Assembly: GCA_003702465.1 (NCBI GenBank)
Contig: REGF01000002.1
Location: 8,598 to 50,558 of the forward strand
DNA length: 41,961 nt
Origin: Candidatus Nitrosomarinus sp.
GTDB taxonomy: Archaea > Thermoproteota > Nitrososphaeria > Nitrososphaerales > Nitrosopumilaceae
Reading direction: 5' to 3'
In this document: positions 1-9,574 of the stretch, one piece after another
Numbering within the stretch: the stretch's first letter is position 1
Layout: each line of letters starts with the position of its first letter
Program-made: the position numbers and the translations under genes
Notes under the pieces: model-generated
Databases searched by the model: none
Told to the model about the DNA's origin: nothing
The model's input: the letters and a program-made list of their open reading frames with translations, nothing else

Positions 1-42
1 CAAGAAAAAATCAAGAGAATGAAGGCTAGGAAGTTTGTATAA
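1..42 (+). CDS. nuoB: NADH-quinone oxidoreductase subunit B, C-terminal fragment (runs off the window)
   Basis: Frame 1 reads QEKIKRMKARKFV-stop; the TAA at 40-42 overlaps the nuoC ATG. Identity inferred from position before nuoC. Confidence 0.65.
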   Translation, partial: QEKIKRMKARKFV

Positions 43-641
43 TGAGTTCTGACACTGAAACCAAAACTGAAACAAAACCTGCAGCAAAACCTGCAGCAAA
101 ACCTGCAGCAAAACCTGCAGCAAAACCAACTGAAAAACCTGTAGAATTACCTGCTTTTGAAAAAAGCATTTCGGAAAAAGTTACTGAAAAATTTGGTGAT
201 AAAGTTGAAGTTGAATTTGTCAAAGAAAAAAGAGTTGGCATAAAAGCTAAAAGAGAAGATGTTCATGATGTCGCTGAATTTATTCGAGATGGATTGAATT
301 ATGATCATGTAGAATCAGTTACCGGTGTAGATTATCCTCAAGATAAAGAAATTGAAGTAGTTTATGTAATTGGTTCATACTCCGATGAATCATTAGCTAA
401 ACAACTACTTGTTTTATCCACTAGAGCTCAAAGAGAAGAAAATCCACTTCCTGGAAAAGATGCAACAAAATTACCATCTCTTAGAGATATATTCTACAGT
501 GTGGAATTTCATGAAAGAGAAGTTTTTGAAATGTTTGGAGTTTATTTTACTGGTCATCCTGATAATAGACGATTACTTTTGCCTGAAGATTGGGCAGATT
601 TACCACCTCTCAGAAAGGACTTTGCAATAAAGGGACGATAG
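42..641 (+). CDS. nuoC: NADH-quinone oxidoreductase subunit C
   Basis: VTGVDY, EREVFEMFGVYFTGHPDNRRLLL and PLRKDF signatures; low-complexity KPAA N-terminus. Confidence 0.95.
   Translation: MSSDTETKTETKPAAKPAAKPAAKPAAKPTEKPVELPAFEKSISEKVTEKFGDKVEVEFVKEKRVGIKAKREDVHDVAEFIRDGLNYDHVESVTGVDYPQDKEIEVVYVIGSYSDESLAKQLLVLSTRAQREENPLPGKDATKLPSLRDIFYSVEFHEREVFEMFGVYFTGHPDNRRLLLPEDWADLPPLRKDFAIKGR
73..127 (+). repeat. 12-bp in-frame tandem repeat (CAAAACCTGCAG x4 plus a partial copy) encoding (KPAA)n
   Basis: Perfect copies at 73-84, 85-96, 97-108 and 109-120, then CAAAACC. Confidence 0.95.
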
Positions 642-643
642 AA

Positions 644-1777
644 ATGACAGCAGAATTACCTCCAGGATTAGCAATCCAAAAAGTTGATGAGAGAATAATG
701 ACTCTCAATGTTGGACCACAACATCCTGGTTCTGGACATATGAGAATTATTGTGCAAATTGATGGTGATTATATTGTTGCATGTGATCCTGATCCTGGTT
801 ATGTACATCGTGGAGAAGAAAAAATGGCTGAATATAGAAATTATATTACAAATATTCCTCACTTAGAAAGACCTGTAATTCATGATTCTTGTAATGTTCT
901 TTATCCATATGTTTTGGGTGTTGAAGAACTTCTTGGAATTGAAGTTCCAGAACGTGCAAAATATGTTAGAGTAATCTGTTCAGAATTAAATCGTTGTATT
1001 TACATAATGTATTGGCTTGCAATTTATGGAATCTTCTTAGGTCACTCTACAATGTTCATGTGGCCTGCTGGAGATCGTGAACTCTTAATTGATTTAATGG
1101 AAAAAATTAGTGGTGCTAGAGTAACACATGCACACTTTGTTCCAGGTGGAGTTAGAAATGATTTGCCACCAAACTTTGAAGAAGTATGTTTACGTCAAGT
1201 CAATTACTTTGAAAAACGTATCAAAGAATATGCTGCAGTCTTTTATGACAATCCAATTTTAATTTCAAGAACTAGAGATACTGGAGTTCTTTCTCGTGAA
1301 GATGCAATTAGACTTGGTACCACAGGTTCTGTATTACGTGCTAGTGGTGTTAATTATGATCTTAGACAAAAGGAACCTTATGATGTGTATGATGAGCTAG
1401 ATGTTCATAGCCCTGTCATGAAAGAAGGAGATTCATACGCAAGATCTAAAGTTCCATGGCTTGATATGTTAGAGAGTTGTAAAATTATCAGACAAGCATT
1501 AGAAAAAATGCCAAAGTCTGGTTCTGTAAGAGTAAAATTAAAACCAAATCCAAAAGGTGCACTTGATTCTGTATACAAACGTGTAGAATCAGGACGAGGA
1601 TCTTTAGGATGTCATATTTTTTCAGATGGTAAAGTTGAACCTTACAGACTCAAAATGAGTGTTGGTTCATTTAGAAATTTGATTGCATTACCATATCTGT
1701 TAAAAGGTGAAAAACTTGGTAACATGCCATCAGTTTATTGGAGTCTTAATTATTGGCCAGTGGAGGCAGATCGATAA
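644..1777 (+). CDS. nuoD: NADH-quinone oxidoreductase subunit D
   Basis: LNVGPQHP, GYVHRGEEK, ESGRG and C-terminal EADR motifs. Start moved to the ATG at 644 (MTAELP), just after the nuoC stop. Confidence 0.95.
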   Translation: MTAELPPGLAIQKVDERIMTLNVGPQHPGSGHMRIIVQIDGDYIVACDPDPGYVHRGEEKMAEYRNYITNIPHLERPVIHDSCNVLYPYVLGVEELLGIEVPERAKYVRVICSELNRCIYIMYWLAIYGIFLGHSTMFMWPAGDRELLIDLMEKISGARVTHAHFVPGGVRNDLPPNFEEVCLRQVNYFEKRIKEYAAVFYDNPILISRTRDTGVLSREDAIRLGTTGSVLRASGVNYDLRQKEPYDVYDELDVHSPVMKEGDSYARSKVPWLDMLESCKIIRQALEKMPKSGSVRVKLKPNPKGALDSVYKRVESGRGSLGCHIFSDGKVEPYRLKMSVGSFRNLIALPYLLKGEKLGNMPSVYWSLNYWPVEADR

Positions 1778-3091
1778 ATGTCTGTTATTGCACCAAATTT
1801 CAAACTAAGTGAGTTTATCAAATCTTTAATTGATGATGTAGTTTGGTTCCTTTTGATATTTTCATTAATTGGTTTGCCATTAATCATGATGGTATTATTT
1901 TACATCCCGATGCCTGTAATTGATGGAGAATTACTTACACCATTTTTGGCATTCACTTTCTTGGCGGATCCTACTAGAACACTTCCAATAATTAATGCAT
2001 TTATGACAACTGATATGTTTAGGATAATGGCATTTCCTGGATTTGGATTTGCTGCATTGATAGCTGCAGGTACAATCTTTATCGAAAGAAAAATGCTTGC
2101 AAAATTACAATTAAGAGTTGGTCCATTTTACTGTGGAAAAGTAGAAGGTATTTTACAACTAATGGGTGATGGTTTAAAATTAATTTCAAAAGAAATTATC
2201 ATTCCAGCAAAAGCTGATAAACCAATTTTCTGGGCAGCGCCAGTTCTTTTTGTTGCATCTGCTGCAGCATTTGTTGCATTAATTCCAGTTGCACCAGGTT
2301 GGGTTGTTGCAGATGTTGACATGGGACTGCTTGGAGTATTTGCTGTAATTGGATTTTTCCCTATTGTAACAATTCTTTCAGCATGGTCAGCAAACAGTAA
2401 ATTCCCATTCATTGGAGGAATTAGAGCATTATTCCAAATGGTTTCATTTGAAATTCCATTAATCTTATCATTATTGGGAGTTGTAATGGTTACAGGTTCT
2501 CTCAACTTATCTGAAATTGCTGCAAGTCAATCTAGTTTCCCTTGGATTGTATTTTTGCCAGTTGGTGCAATTGTCTTTTTCATTACTATGTTAGCTGAAT
2601 TAGAAAGAATTCCATTTGATTTGCCTGAAGCAGAAAGTGAAATTGTTGCTGGATGGTTAACTGAATTATCTGGAATGATGTATGGACTTGTTCAATTAGG
2701 AACTTATTTGAAACTTTATGCATTTGCAGCACTATTTGTTGTATTATTCCTTGGTGGATGGAATGGCCCAATGATTGTTCCACCATTACCTCTGGAACTT
2801 GCAACTCATGGACTTGAACTTGGTCCTGTTACAGCAAAGGTAGGTGGATTGGAGCCAATTTTAGTTAATACAATTAATCAAGAAATGCTTAATGGAACAG
2901 TTTGGTTTGTTCTAAAAACTGTTGGTGTTATCTTCTTTATACTATTACCAAGAGGTGTTTTCCCAAGAATTAGAATTGATATGTTGTTAAGTCTTGGATG
3001 GACCAAATTGATCGGTTTAGCATTCGTTAACATCTTTATTGCACTAGCTTTGGTTTACGCTGGAGTGCTCGGGCCAGGAGGATTACAATGA
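1778..3091 (+). CDS. nuoH: NADH-quinone oxidoreductase subunit H
   Basis: ERKMLAKLQLRVGP, DGLKLISKE, ERIPFDLPEAESE and PRIRID motifs; multi-TM. Confidence 0.95.
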   Translation: MSVIAPNFKLSEFIKSLIDDVVWFLLIFSLIGLPLIMMVLFYIPMPVIDGELLTPFLAFTFLADPTRTLPIINAFMTTDMFRIMAFPGFGFAALIAAGTIFIERKMLAKLQLRVGPFYCGKVEGILQLMGDGLKLISKEIIIPAKADKPIFWAAPVLFVASAAAFVALIPVAPGWVVADVDMGLLGVFAVIGFFPIVTILSAWSANSKFPFIGGIRALFQMVSFEIPLILSLLGVVMVTGSLNLSEIAASQSSFPWIVFLPVGAIVFFITMLAELERIPFDLPEAESEIVAGWLTELSGMMYGLVQLGTYLKLYAFAALFVVLFLGGWNGPMIVPPLPLELATHGLELGPVTAKVGGLEPILVNTINQEMLNGTVWFVLKTVGVIFFILLPRGVFPRIRIDMLLSLGWTKLIGLAFVNIFIALALVYAGVLGPGGLQ

Positions 3092-3588
3092 CAAATACAG
3101 CTACAGGAATTGTACGTGCCCTAAATTCTGGAATTAAACATATTGCAACAAAAAGATTTACTCTACGTTATCCTGAAGAGAAGCTAAAATTTGTTGGAGA
3201 TGGTTATCAGTTTGATCCATCTACAGGTGTTGGAATTGCTGGACTAAAAGGTCGTCACATGTTATTTCATGATCACTGTACTGGATGTCAACTATGCTCA
3301 ATTGCATGTGAAGGTGTTGCTGAAGCAATTGCAATGGTAAAAGTTCCAGAAGAGCAAAAACAAAATAAAAAATCAATTATGCCTCAAATTGATTATGGAA
3401 AATGTGTTTTCTGTGGATTATGTGTAGATGCATGTCCATTTTATGCATTGTACATGACAAATGATTATGAACTATCATCATTTACCAAAGAAGGTTTAAT
3501 CTATACTCCTGCACAACTTGCAGTTAAACCATATGTTGAACAAGATTCTGAAATTGTAATTACTAAAAACGGAGCAACTCATGGCTGA
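3088..3588 (+). CDS. nuoI: NADH-quinone oxidoreductase subunit I (2x[4Fe-4S])
   Basis: TLRYPEE; CTGCQLCSIAC and CVFCGLCVDACP ferredoxin motifs. Confidence 0.95.
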   Translation: MTNTATGIVRALNSGIKHIATKRFTLRYPEEKLKFVGDGYQFDPSTGVGIAGLKGRHMLFHDHCTGCQLCSIACEGVAEAIAMVKVPEEQKQNKKSIMPQIDYGKCVFCGLCVDACPFYALYMTNDYELSSFTKEGLIYTPAQLAVKPYVEQDSEIVITKNGATHG

Positions 3589-4093
3589 TGCTGCATTTCT
3601 TGCATTAAGTGTAATTACAATTGGTTCTGCAATTGCAGCACTTGAAATGAGATCATTAATTTATGGTTCAATTGCATTAATGGGAACACTTGGCGGTATT
3701 GCAGGTTTCTTCTTTATGCTTGATGCACCATTTGTTGCATTATTTCAGCTAGCAGTTTATGTTGGCTCTATTGCTGTGTTAATTCTATTTACAGTTATGT
3801 TAGTAAAAAGAGAACTTATTTTCAAAAAAATTGAAGACCGAAAAAGAAAGTTTGCTGGAATCGGTTTAATGTTAGTAATCATGATGGCATTAGGTGCTGT
3901 ATTCTTAGACTCTGGAATCAAAACAATAACTACTGATGAACCAGCAGTTGATTTTAGAGATATTGGTGCTGACTTTGTGACTTATTATTGGCCTGCATTA
4001 ATTTTGATGGGTTTGATTTTGGCCGGTTCTGTAACTGGTGCATTAGTTTTAGCTAGAAGAGAGGATGTGGAGAATGACCAACGAGTTAGTTGA
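3581..4093 (+). CDS. nuoJ: NADH-quinone oxidoreductase subunit J
   Basis: QLAVYVGSIAVLILF motif; about 5 TM; operon position. Confidence 0.93.
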   Translation: MADAAFLALSVITIGSAIAALEMRSLIYGSIALMGTLGGIAGFFFMLDAPFVALFQLAVYVGSIAVLILFTVMLVKRELIFKKIEDRKRKFAGIGLMLVIMMALGAVFLDSGIKTITTDEPAVDFRDIGADFVTYYWPALILMGLILAGSVTGALVLARREDVENDQRVS

Positions 4094-4379
4094 TTTTACA
4101 TTAGTTTCTATTGCATTACTAGCAATAGGTATCTATGGACTTGCAGTAAAACGTAATTTCATTAGAATGTTATTTGCAGTTGAAATTATTATCAATGCTG
4201 CAAATCTAAATCTTGTAGCCTTTGGAAGATTCATACCAGATAGCGGTGGTCAAACTTTAGCATTATTTTCAATTGCAATTGCAGCAGCAGAGGTAGCAGT
4301 TGGATTGTCATTAATTATTGTAGCATATCGCATGTATCAAAATGTCGATATTGCAGACTTTAGGAGCTTGAAAGGATAA
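4074..4379 (+). CDS. nuoK: NADH-quinone oxidoreductase subunit K
   Basis: EIIINAANLN and AAAEVAVGL motifs; likely start is the ATG at 4074 (the ORF track starts at 4065). Confidence 0.93.
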   Translation: MTNELVDFTLVSIALLAIGIYGLAVKRNFIRMLFAVEIIINAANLNLVAFGRFIPDSGGQTLALFSIAIAAAEVAVGLSLIIVAYRMYQNVDIADFRSLKG

Positions 4380-5932
4380 TGGAATACGCATTACTTCAGG
4401 CAGTTTTCTTGCCATTATTGTTATCTCCAGTAGCCTATATTCTTGGTAGAAAAGTAGGTCCTACTCCAGCAATGTGGTTCACATTTGCAATTTTACTATA
4501 CACTACAATTCTTGTAATCAATGCAGCACTTTCTGGAACAGTAGAAGAACATTATCCATGGACAGAACAATTTGGTGAATTTGGTTTCTTAATGGATGGA
4601 CTTGCATCACCATTTGCAATAATGATTTATGTTTTGTCTACTATTTTGGCAATCTACTCCAAACCATACATGATTCATAAATTCCATGAACAGTTTGAAG
4701 AAGAACAAAAAATTAATCATTCAGAAGGTGGACAATCATCTGTTGTTGAATCAACAGCTTTAACAAATTATGTTAATGCAAAATCTGGTCTTTACTTTGC
4801 ATTATATCTTGTATTTGCAATGGGAATGCTTGGAACCGTTCTTGCAACAAATCTGATTGAATTTTATATTTTCTTTGAAGTAATGTTGATTCCAGGTTTC
4901 TTTATGGTTGCATTATGGGGTGATGGACCAAGAAGAAAAATTGGTTTAATGTTCTTATTCTGGACCCATGCTGGTGCAGTTGTTTTACTACTTGGATTTT
5001 TGATGATAGGTCTCACACTTGGCAGCTTTGATTTTGCTGATATTCAAGAATCTGAATTACCTGCAGATATTGCGATGTACTCAGCGGTAGCTATTGCGAT
5101 AGGACTTGGTGTCAAACTAGCAGTTTTCTTGTATCACATTTGGCTTCCATATGTACACGGTGCAGCACCTACACCAATCAGTGCATTATTGTCACCAGCA
5201 ATGATTGGAATTGGAGCTTATGGTATCTTTAGATTAATTGTTGAATTCTTACCGGCAACCTTTTCAGAATTAGCTATTTGGTTCCATATTTGGGGTCTTG
5301 TTACTATGATTTATGGTGGCGCCATGGCATTAATGCAAGATGACCTAAAACGATTCCTTGCTTATTCAAGTATCAGTCAAATGGGCTATCTGCTCTTTGG
5401 TATAGGTTCCATGTCATCATATGGTCTTGCTGGAGCTGAAATGATGTATGTAACTCACGCTATTGGTAAAGGTATTCTCTTCATGATGGCTGGAATAATT
5501 ATTGTTAAAGTTGGAACTAGAAGTATTAAGAAACTTGGAGGATTGGCAGGTAAGATGCCAATCACTGCAGTATGTGCAGTAATTGGTGCACTAACAATAA
5601 TGGGTGTTCCACCAACTAGTGGATTTATGGGTGAATGGATTATGTTTTATGGTGCATTAGAAACTGCTATTGCAGAAGGTTCTACAGTTAGAGCAGTAGC
5701 ATTTGGATTAGGTCTTGTTGCAACTGCATTAACAATGTCATATATGCTTTGGATGCTAAAACGTGTATTCTTTGGAAAACTTCCTGAACATCTTCAAAAT
5801 GTCAAAGAAGGAAGTTGGTACATGACAATTCCAATGATGATATTAGCAGGATTTTCAATTGTAGTTGGAATTTATCCAGATATTTTCTTGAAAACAATTA
5901 TGCCATACATGAATGGAGTGTTGGGAGTTTAG
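4379..5932 (+). CDS. nuoM: NADH-quinone oxidoreductase subunit M
   Basis: FYIFFE, HIWLPYVHGAAPTPISALL, LAYSSISQMG and GFMGE antiporter-like motifs. Confidence 0.93.
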   Translation: MEYALLQAVFLPLLLSPVAYILGRKVGPTPAMWFTFAILLYTTILVINAALSGTVEEHYPWTEQFGEFGFLMDGLASPFAIMIYVLSTILAIYSKPYMIHKFHEQFEEEQKINHSEGGQSSVVESTALTNYVNAKSGLYFALYLVFAMGMLGTVLATNLIEFYIFFEVMLIPGFFMVALWGDGPRRKIGLMFLFWTHAGAVVLLLGFLMIGLTLGSFDFADIQESELPADIAMYSAVAIAIGLGVKLAVFLYHIWLPYVHGAAPTPISALLSPAMIGIGAYGIFRLIVEFLPATFSELAIWFHIWGLVTMIYGGAMALMQDDLKRFLAYSSISQMGYLLFGIGSMSSYGLAGAEMMYVTHAIGKGILFMMAGIIIVKVGTRSIKKLGGLAGKMPITAVCAVIGALTIMGVPPTSGFMGEWIMFYGALETAIAEGSTVRAVAFGLGLVATALTMSYMLWMLKRVFFGKLPEHLQNVKEGSWYMTIPMMILAGFSIVVGIYPDIFLKTIMPYMNGVLGV

Positions 5933-5935
5933 ACT

Positions 5936-8008
5936 ATGGCAACTGAATTAATGGGATTTGAAATTACTGCCATAAGTGCTTGGTTAGTTTGGATTTTACC
6001 ATTTGCAGCAGCAATGATAATGCCTGGTATTGGAAAATTATCTCAAAATGCAACCAAATACGTTGCAGTTGGATTTGCTCTAATGAGTGCAGTATCTGCA
6101 GCAACCATGGTTCCTGTTGCATTAGAAGCTCATGAATTACATGATCAAATAATGTGGATTGAAGCAATTGGTCTTAAAGCTGGAGTGTTAGCAGATCCAC
6201 TTTCAATTATAATGGCAAATGTTGTTGGTTGGATTTCTTTCTTGATTATGATTTACAGTACAGGATACATGAAAGGCGATAAAGACATTACAAGATTCTG
6301 GTTCTGGATGATGTTCTTTATTGGTTCAATGCAATTAATTGTATTATCTGATAACTTGTTACAAGTCTTCTTCGGTTGGGAAGGCGTAGGATTAGCATCT
6401 TATGCTTTGATCAGCTTTTGGTATCGTGACAAGAAGAAAGATCATGTTGGTACTGAAGGACGAACTGTTCTTGGAATGTTAGATTACTATGCTCCAACAC
6501 ACGCTGGTATGAAGGCATTCATCATGACAAAAGTCGGTGATGTAATGATGATTGCTGGTATGCTTTTGATATTCTTGTTTGCAGGTACTTTTGGATTTAA
6601 AGAATTAATGGGTAATACAGATTGGGCAACGGCAATGGCTGCTCAAGGATTGTTAGTTCCTGCATTTGTTTTGCTATTTGGTGGTGCAATGGGTAAATCT
6701 GCACAATTCCCATTAAATGAATGGTTGTTAGAAGCAATGACTGGACCAACTGCAGTATCTGCATTAATTCACGCTGCAACAATGGTCAAAGCTGGTGTCT
6801 TCTTGGTAGCAAGAATTGGTCCACTTGTATTTGCTTTAGGTGCTGCTGGAATTTTAGCAGATCAATTCTTTGAAATTGTTGCATGGGTTGGTGCAATTAC
6901 TGCATTGTTGTTGGCAACACAAGGTATGGTTAATCCAGAAATTAAGAAAGTTTTAGCATATTCTACAGGTTCTCAAATTGGTTACATGATGATGGCTTTA
7001 GGTGTGGCAGGATTATCACATCAATATGTTGATGGTTATACTGCAGGATTTTACCACTTAATTTCACACGCAATGTTCAAAGCATCATTGTTCATGGCAG
7101 CAGGTTCTTTGTTACATATTGTTGGTTCTCGATTTATGACCGATATGGGTGGTCTAAGAAAACACATGAAGAAAACATATGCATTCATGTGGGCTGCAGG
7201 TCTTGGTTTGATGGGAGCACCATTTATCACAACAGGTTTCTGGAGTAAGGATGCAATATTTGCCGCAGTATATGAATCTGGAAATGAATGGGCTTTGCCA
7301 TTATTTGCTATCGCAGTTTTAACGGCTATTATTACAGCATTCTATACCACAAGAATGATTGGTTTGGTATTCTTTGGCAAGAAAAGTAAACACATTGAAA
7401 AGATGGAAGAGGAAGGACATCACATTCATGAAGCATCAGTATCTATGTGGGTTCCATATGGAATACTTGCAGTATTAACAATTGGTATTGGTATTATTGG
7501 ATTGTCTGCAGAAGAAGGATTACATCATACATTTGAATATTATCTTAAAAACTCATTTGGAATTTACAGTTCTCATGCAGCCGATGAATCCTCCATATTG
7601 CCAGAATTCTTACAAGGACTCAATCCAATTGCACTTGGTGCATCATTAGTAGCATTTTCAACTGGTATTGGATTAGGTTACATCTTTTACATTGGAAGAT
7701 GGGTCGATCCTGTTAGATTTGTAAATTCAAATATTTTCTTTTATGCAATTCACAAGCTTTTCTTAAACAGATGGTATCTTAATGCAATTGTCTATTGGTG
7801 CTTTGTTACAACACCATTATGGTTGGCAAGAGGTGTTTCAAGATACTTTGAGAAGACAGCAATCGATTATGGTATGAATGATGGAGTTCAAAAAGCCGCA
7901 AGTTGGGGTGCCAAAGTTATTCAAGGAACCCAATCTGGTGTTTCACAGTCGTATCTATTTGTATTTGGAGCAGGATTATTATTTGTAATTCTGATATTGT
8001 TGATGTAG
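5936..8008 (+). CDS. nuoL: NADH-quinone oxidoreductase subunit L
   Basis: GWEGVG, GKSAQFPL, AMTGPTAVSALIHAATMV, HAMFKA and GFWSKD motifs; long C-terminal extension. Confidence 0.95.
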   Translation: MATELMGFEITAISAWLVWILPFAAAMIMPGIGKLSQNATKYVAVGFALMSAVSAATMVPVALEAHELHDQIMWIEAIGLKAGVLADPLSIIMANVVGWISFLIMIYSTGYMKGDKDITRFWFWMMFFIGSMQLIVLSDNLLQVFFGWEGVGLASYALISFWYRDKKKDHVGTEGRTVLGMLDYYAPTHAGMKAFIMTKVGDVMMIAGMLLIFLFAGTFGFKELMGNTDWATAMAAQGLLVPAFVLLFGGAMGKSAQFPLNEWLLEAMTGPTAVSALIHAATMVKAGVFLVARIGPLVFALGAAGILADQFFEIVAWVGAITALLLATQGMVNPEIKKVLAYSTGSQIGYMMMALGVAGLSHQYVDGYTAGFYHLISHAMFKASLFMAAGSLLHIVGSRFMTDMGGLRKHMKKTYAFMWAAGLGLMGAPFITTGFWSKDAIFAAVYESGNEWALPLFAIAVLTAIITAFYTTRMIGLVFFGKKSKHIEKMEEEGHHIHEASVSMWVPYGILAVLTIGIGIIGLSAEEGLHHTFEYYLKNSFGIYSSHAADESSILPEFLQGLNPIALGASLVAFSTGIGLGYIFYIGRWVDPVRFVNSNIFFYAIHKLFLNRWYLNAIVYWCFVTTPLWLARGVSRYFEKTAIDYGMNDGVQKAASWGAKVIQGTQSGVSQSYLFVFGAGLLFVILILLM

Positions 8009-8021
8009 GAGATTTGATGAT

Positions 8022-9506
8022 ATGTTAGAAATTACTTCAACTCCTCTTGTAATAATTGGTATACTTGGTACCGTTGGTATTCTTCTTCCAATAATCAGTA
8101 TTGCAAGAAAAGAACAAGGTTCCAATTCATTTTATGCCATAATTGCATTTGCAGCATTAATTGTATCCATGGGTTATGTTGGATATCAATTCATTAGTGA
8201 AAATGTATCTGCTTCTGCTCTGTTTGCTGAAGATGTACTTGTTGATGATGCATTTGGTGGCTTCTTTGCAATTGCTATGTTGATAGTTGCTTTGTTCACA
8301 ACTGTTGGCTCCTTTAATTATATGAGAAAACATAATTCTCCAGCTGTTTACTATTCTCTAATTTTACTTGCAACAATTGGTATGGTTCTAGTTGCATACT
8401 CAACAGACCTTGTAATGTTATTTGTTGCATGGGAACTCATGAGTATTCCAACATACATTTTAGTTGGATTTAGGAAAAAGAATCCAAGCTCCAATGAGGC
8501 AGCTTTGAAATATTTCTTGTTTGGTGCTTTGTCTTCAGCAATCATTGTTTATGGTATCTCTCTTGCATACGGACTAACTGGTTCTACAAATATTGGAGAA
8601 GTCATTCAAGGTTATTCAACACTTGATCCATCAATGCTTCCATTGGCATTGTTATCAGTTGGACTGTTTATAGCAGGATTTGGATTCAAAATGGGACTGG
8701 TTCCATTCCATCAATGGCTACCAGATACTTATGAAGGTGCACCATCACCAATTACAGCACTTCTTGCAGCAGCAACCAAAAAGGCTGGATTTGCTGCAAC
8801 AATTAGAATCGTAATTTTAGGAATGGTTGTATTGCATCTAGATTGGACTTTAGCTCTTGCAATAATTGCAGTAATGACCATGACTATTGGTAATGTAGCA
8901 GCAATAATGCAAAAGAACATTTCAAGAATGTTGGCATATTCTAGTATCGCACATGCAGGTTACATCTTGATTGGACTTGCAGTTGCACCACATACTTCTC
9001 TGGGTTTGCAAGGTTCATTGTACCAAATTATGAATCACGCTGTAATGAAAGGTGCAGCATTTATTGCAATTGCAGGAATTGTAACAACTCTTGCAGTTAC
9101 TCATATTGATAAATTGAAAGGACTTGGAAGAAGAATGCCTGTTACGGCATTAGGTTTGGTAATTGCATTATTTGCACTTGCTGGTGTTCCTCCACTTTCT
9201 GGATTCTGGAGTAAGTTGATGTTATTTGGAAGTGCATTAGATGCAAGTTCTGCATTATGGTGGGCTCCATGGCTTGCAATTGCAGGTGTATTAAACAGTG
9301 CATTGTCATTAGCATACTATGGTTGGTTGACAAGAAAAATGTACTTTGAAGGAGAAACCGAAAAGAGAGTTATCGAACCAAAATCTGTAATGGCAATAAT
9401 GATCTTCTCAACAATCTTCTTAGTAGGATTTGGTGTTTATCCAGAACCATTAATTAAATTTGTAGAACTTGCAACACCAGTACTTAGTTTAGGTTCTATG
9501 CCTTAA
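8022..9506 (+). CDS. nuoN: NADH-quinone oxidoreductase subunit N
   Basis: EAALKYF, FKMGLVPFHQWLPDTYEGAP and RMLAYSSIAHAGY motifs. Confidence 0.95.
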   Translation: MLEITSTPLVIIGILGTVGILLPIISIARKEQGSNSFYAIIAFAALIVSMGYVGYQFISENVSASALFAEDVLVDDAFGGFFAIAMLIVALFTTVGSFNYMRKHNSPAVYYSLILLATIGMVLVAYSTDLVMLFVAWELMSIPTYILVGFRKKNPSSNEAALKYFLFGALSSAIIVYGISLAYGLTGSTNIGEVIQGYSTLDPSMLPLALLSVGLFIAGFGFKMGLVPFHQWLPDTYEGAPSPITALLAAATKKAGFAATIRIVILGMVVLHLDWTLALAIIAVMTMTIGNVAAIMQKNISRMLAYSSIAHAGYILIGLAVAPHTSLGLQGSLYQIMNHAVMKGAAFIAIAGIVTTLAVTHIDKLKGLGRRMPVTALGLVIALFALAGVPPLSGFWSKLMLFGSALDASSALWWAPWLAIAGVLNSALSLAYYGWLTRKMYFEGETEKRVIEPKSVMAIMIFSTIFLVGFGVYPEPLIKFVELATPVLSLGSMP

Positions 9507-9574
9507 ACGAAGTAATTTAATTTGTAGAAATTATCACAGCAGTAGTTAGTTTGAGTATTATGCCTTAAATGAAG
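9451..9574. repeat. Decayed 62-bp tandem duplication spanning the nuoN 3' end, the intergenic gap and the polyprenyl synthase 3' end
   Basis: 9451-9512 aligns to 9513-9574 without gaps at 50/62 identity (manual count). Confidence 0.85.

Noticed and set aside
26-241. Antisense ORF with (FAAG)n repeats
   Set aside because: It is the reverse complement of the nuoC KPAA repeat, so a shadow ORF.
590-643. Upstream extension of nuoD in the ORF track (also pyrE, rps2, rpoN, translin, Ard1)
   Set aside because: Longest-ORF artefacts that overlap neighbouring genes or promoters; downstream starts fit better.
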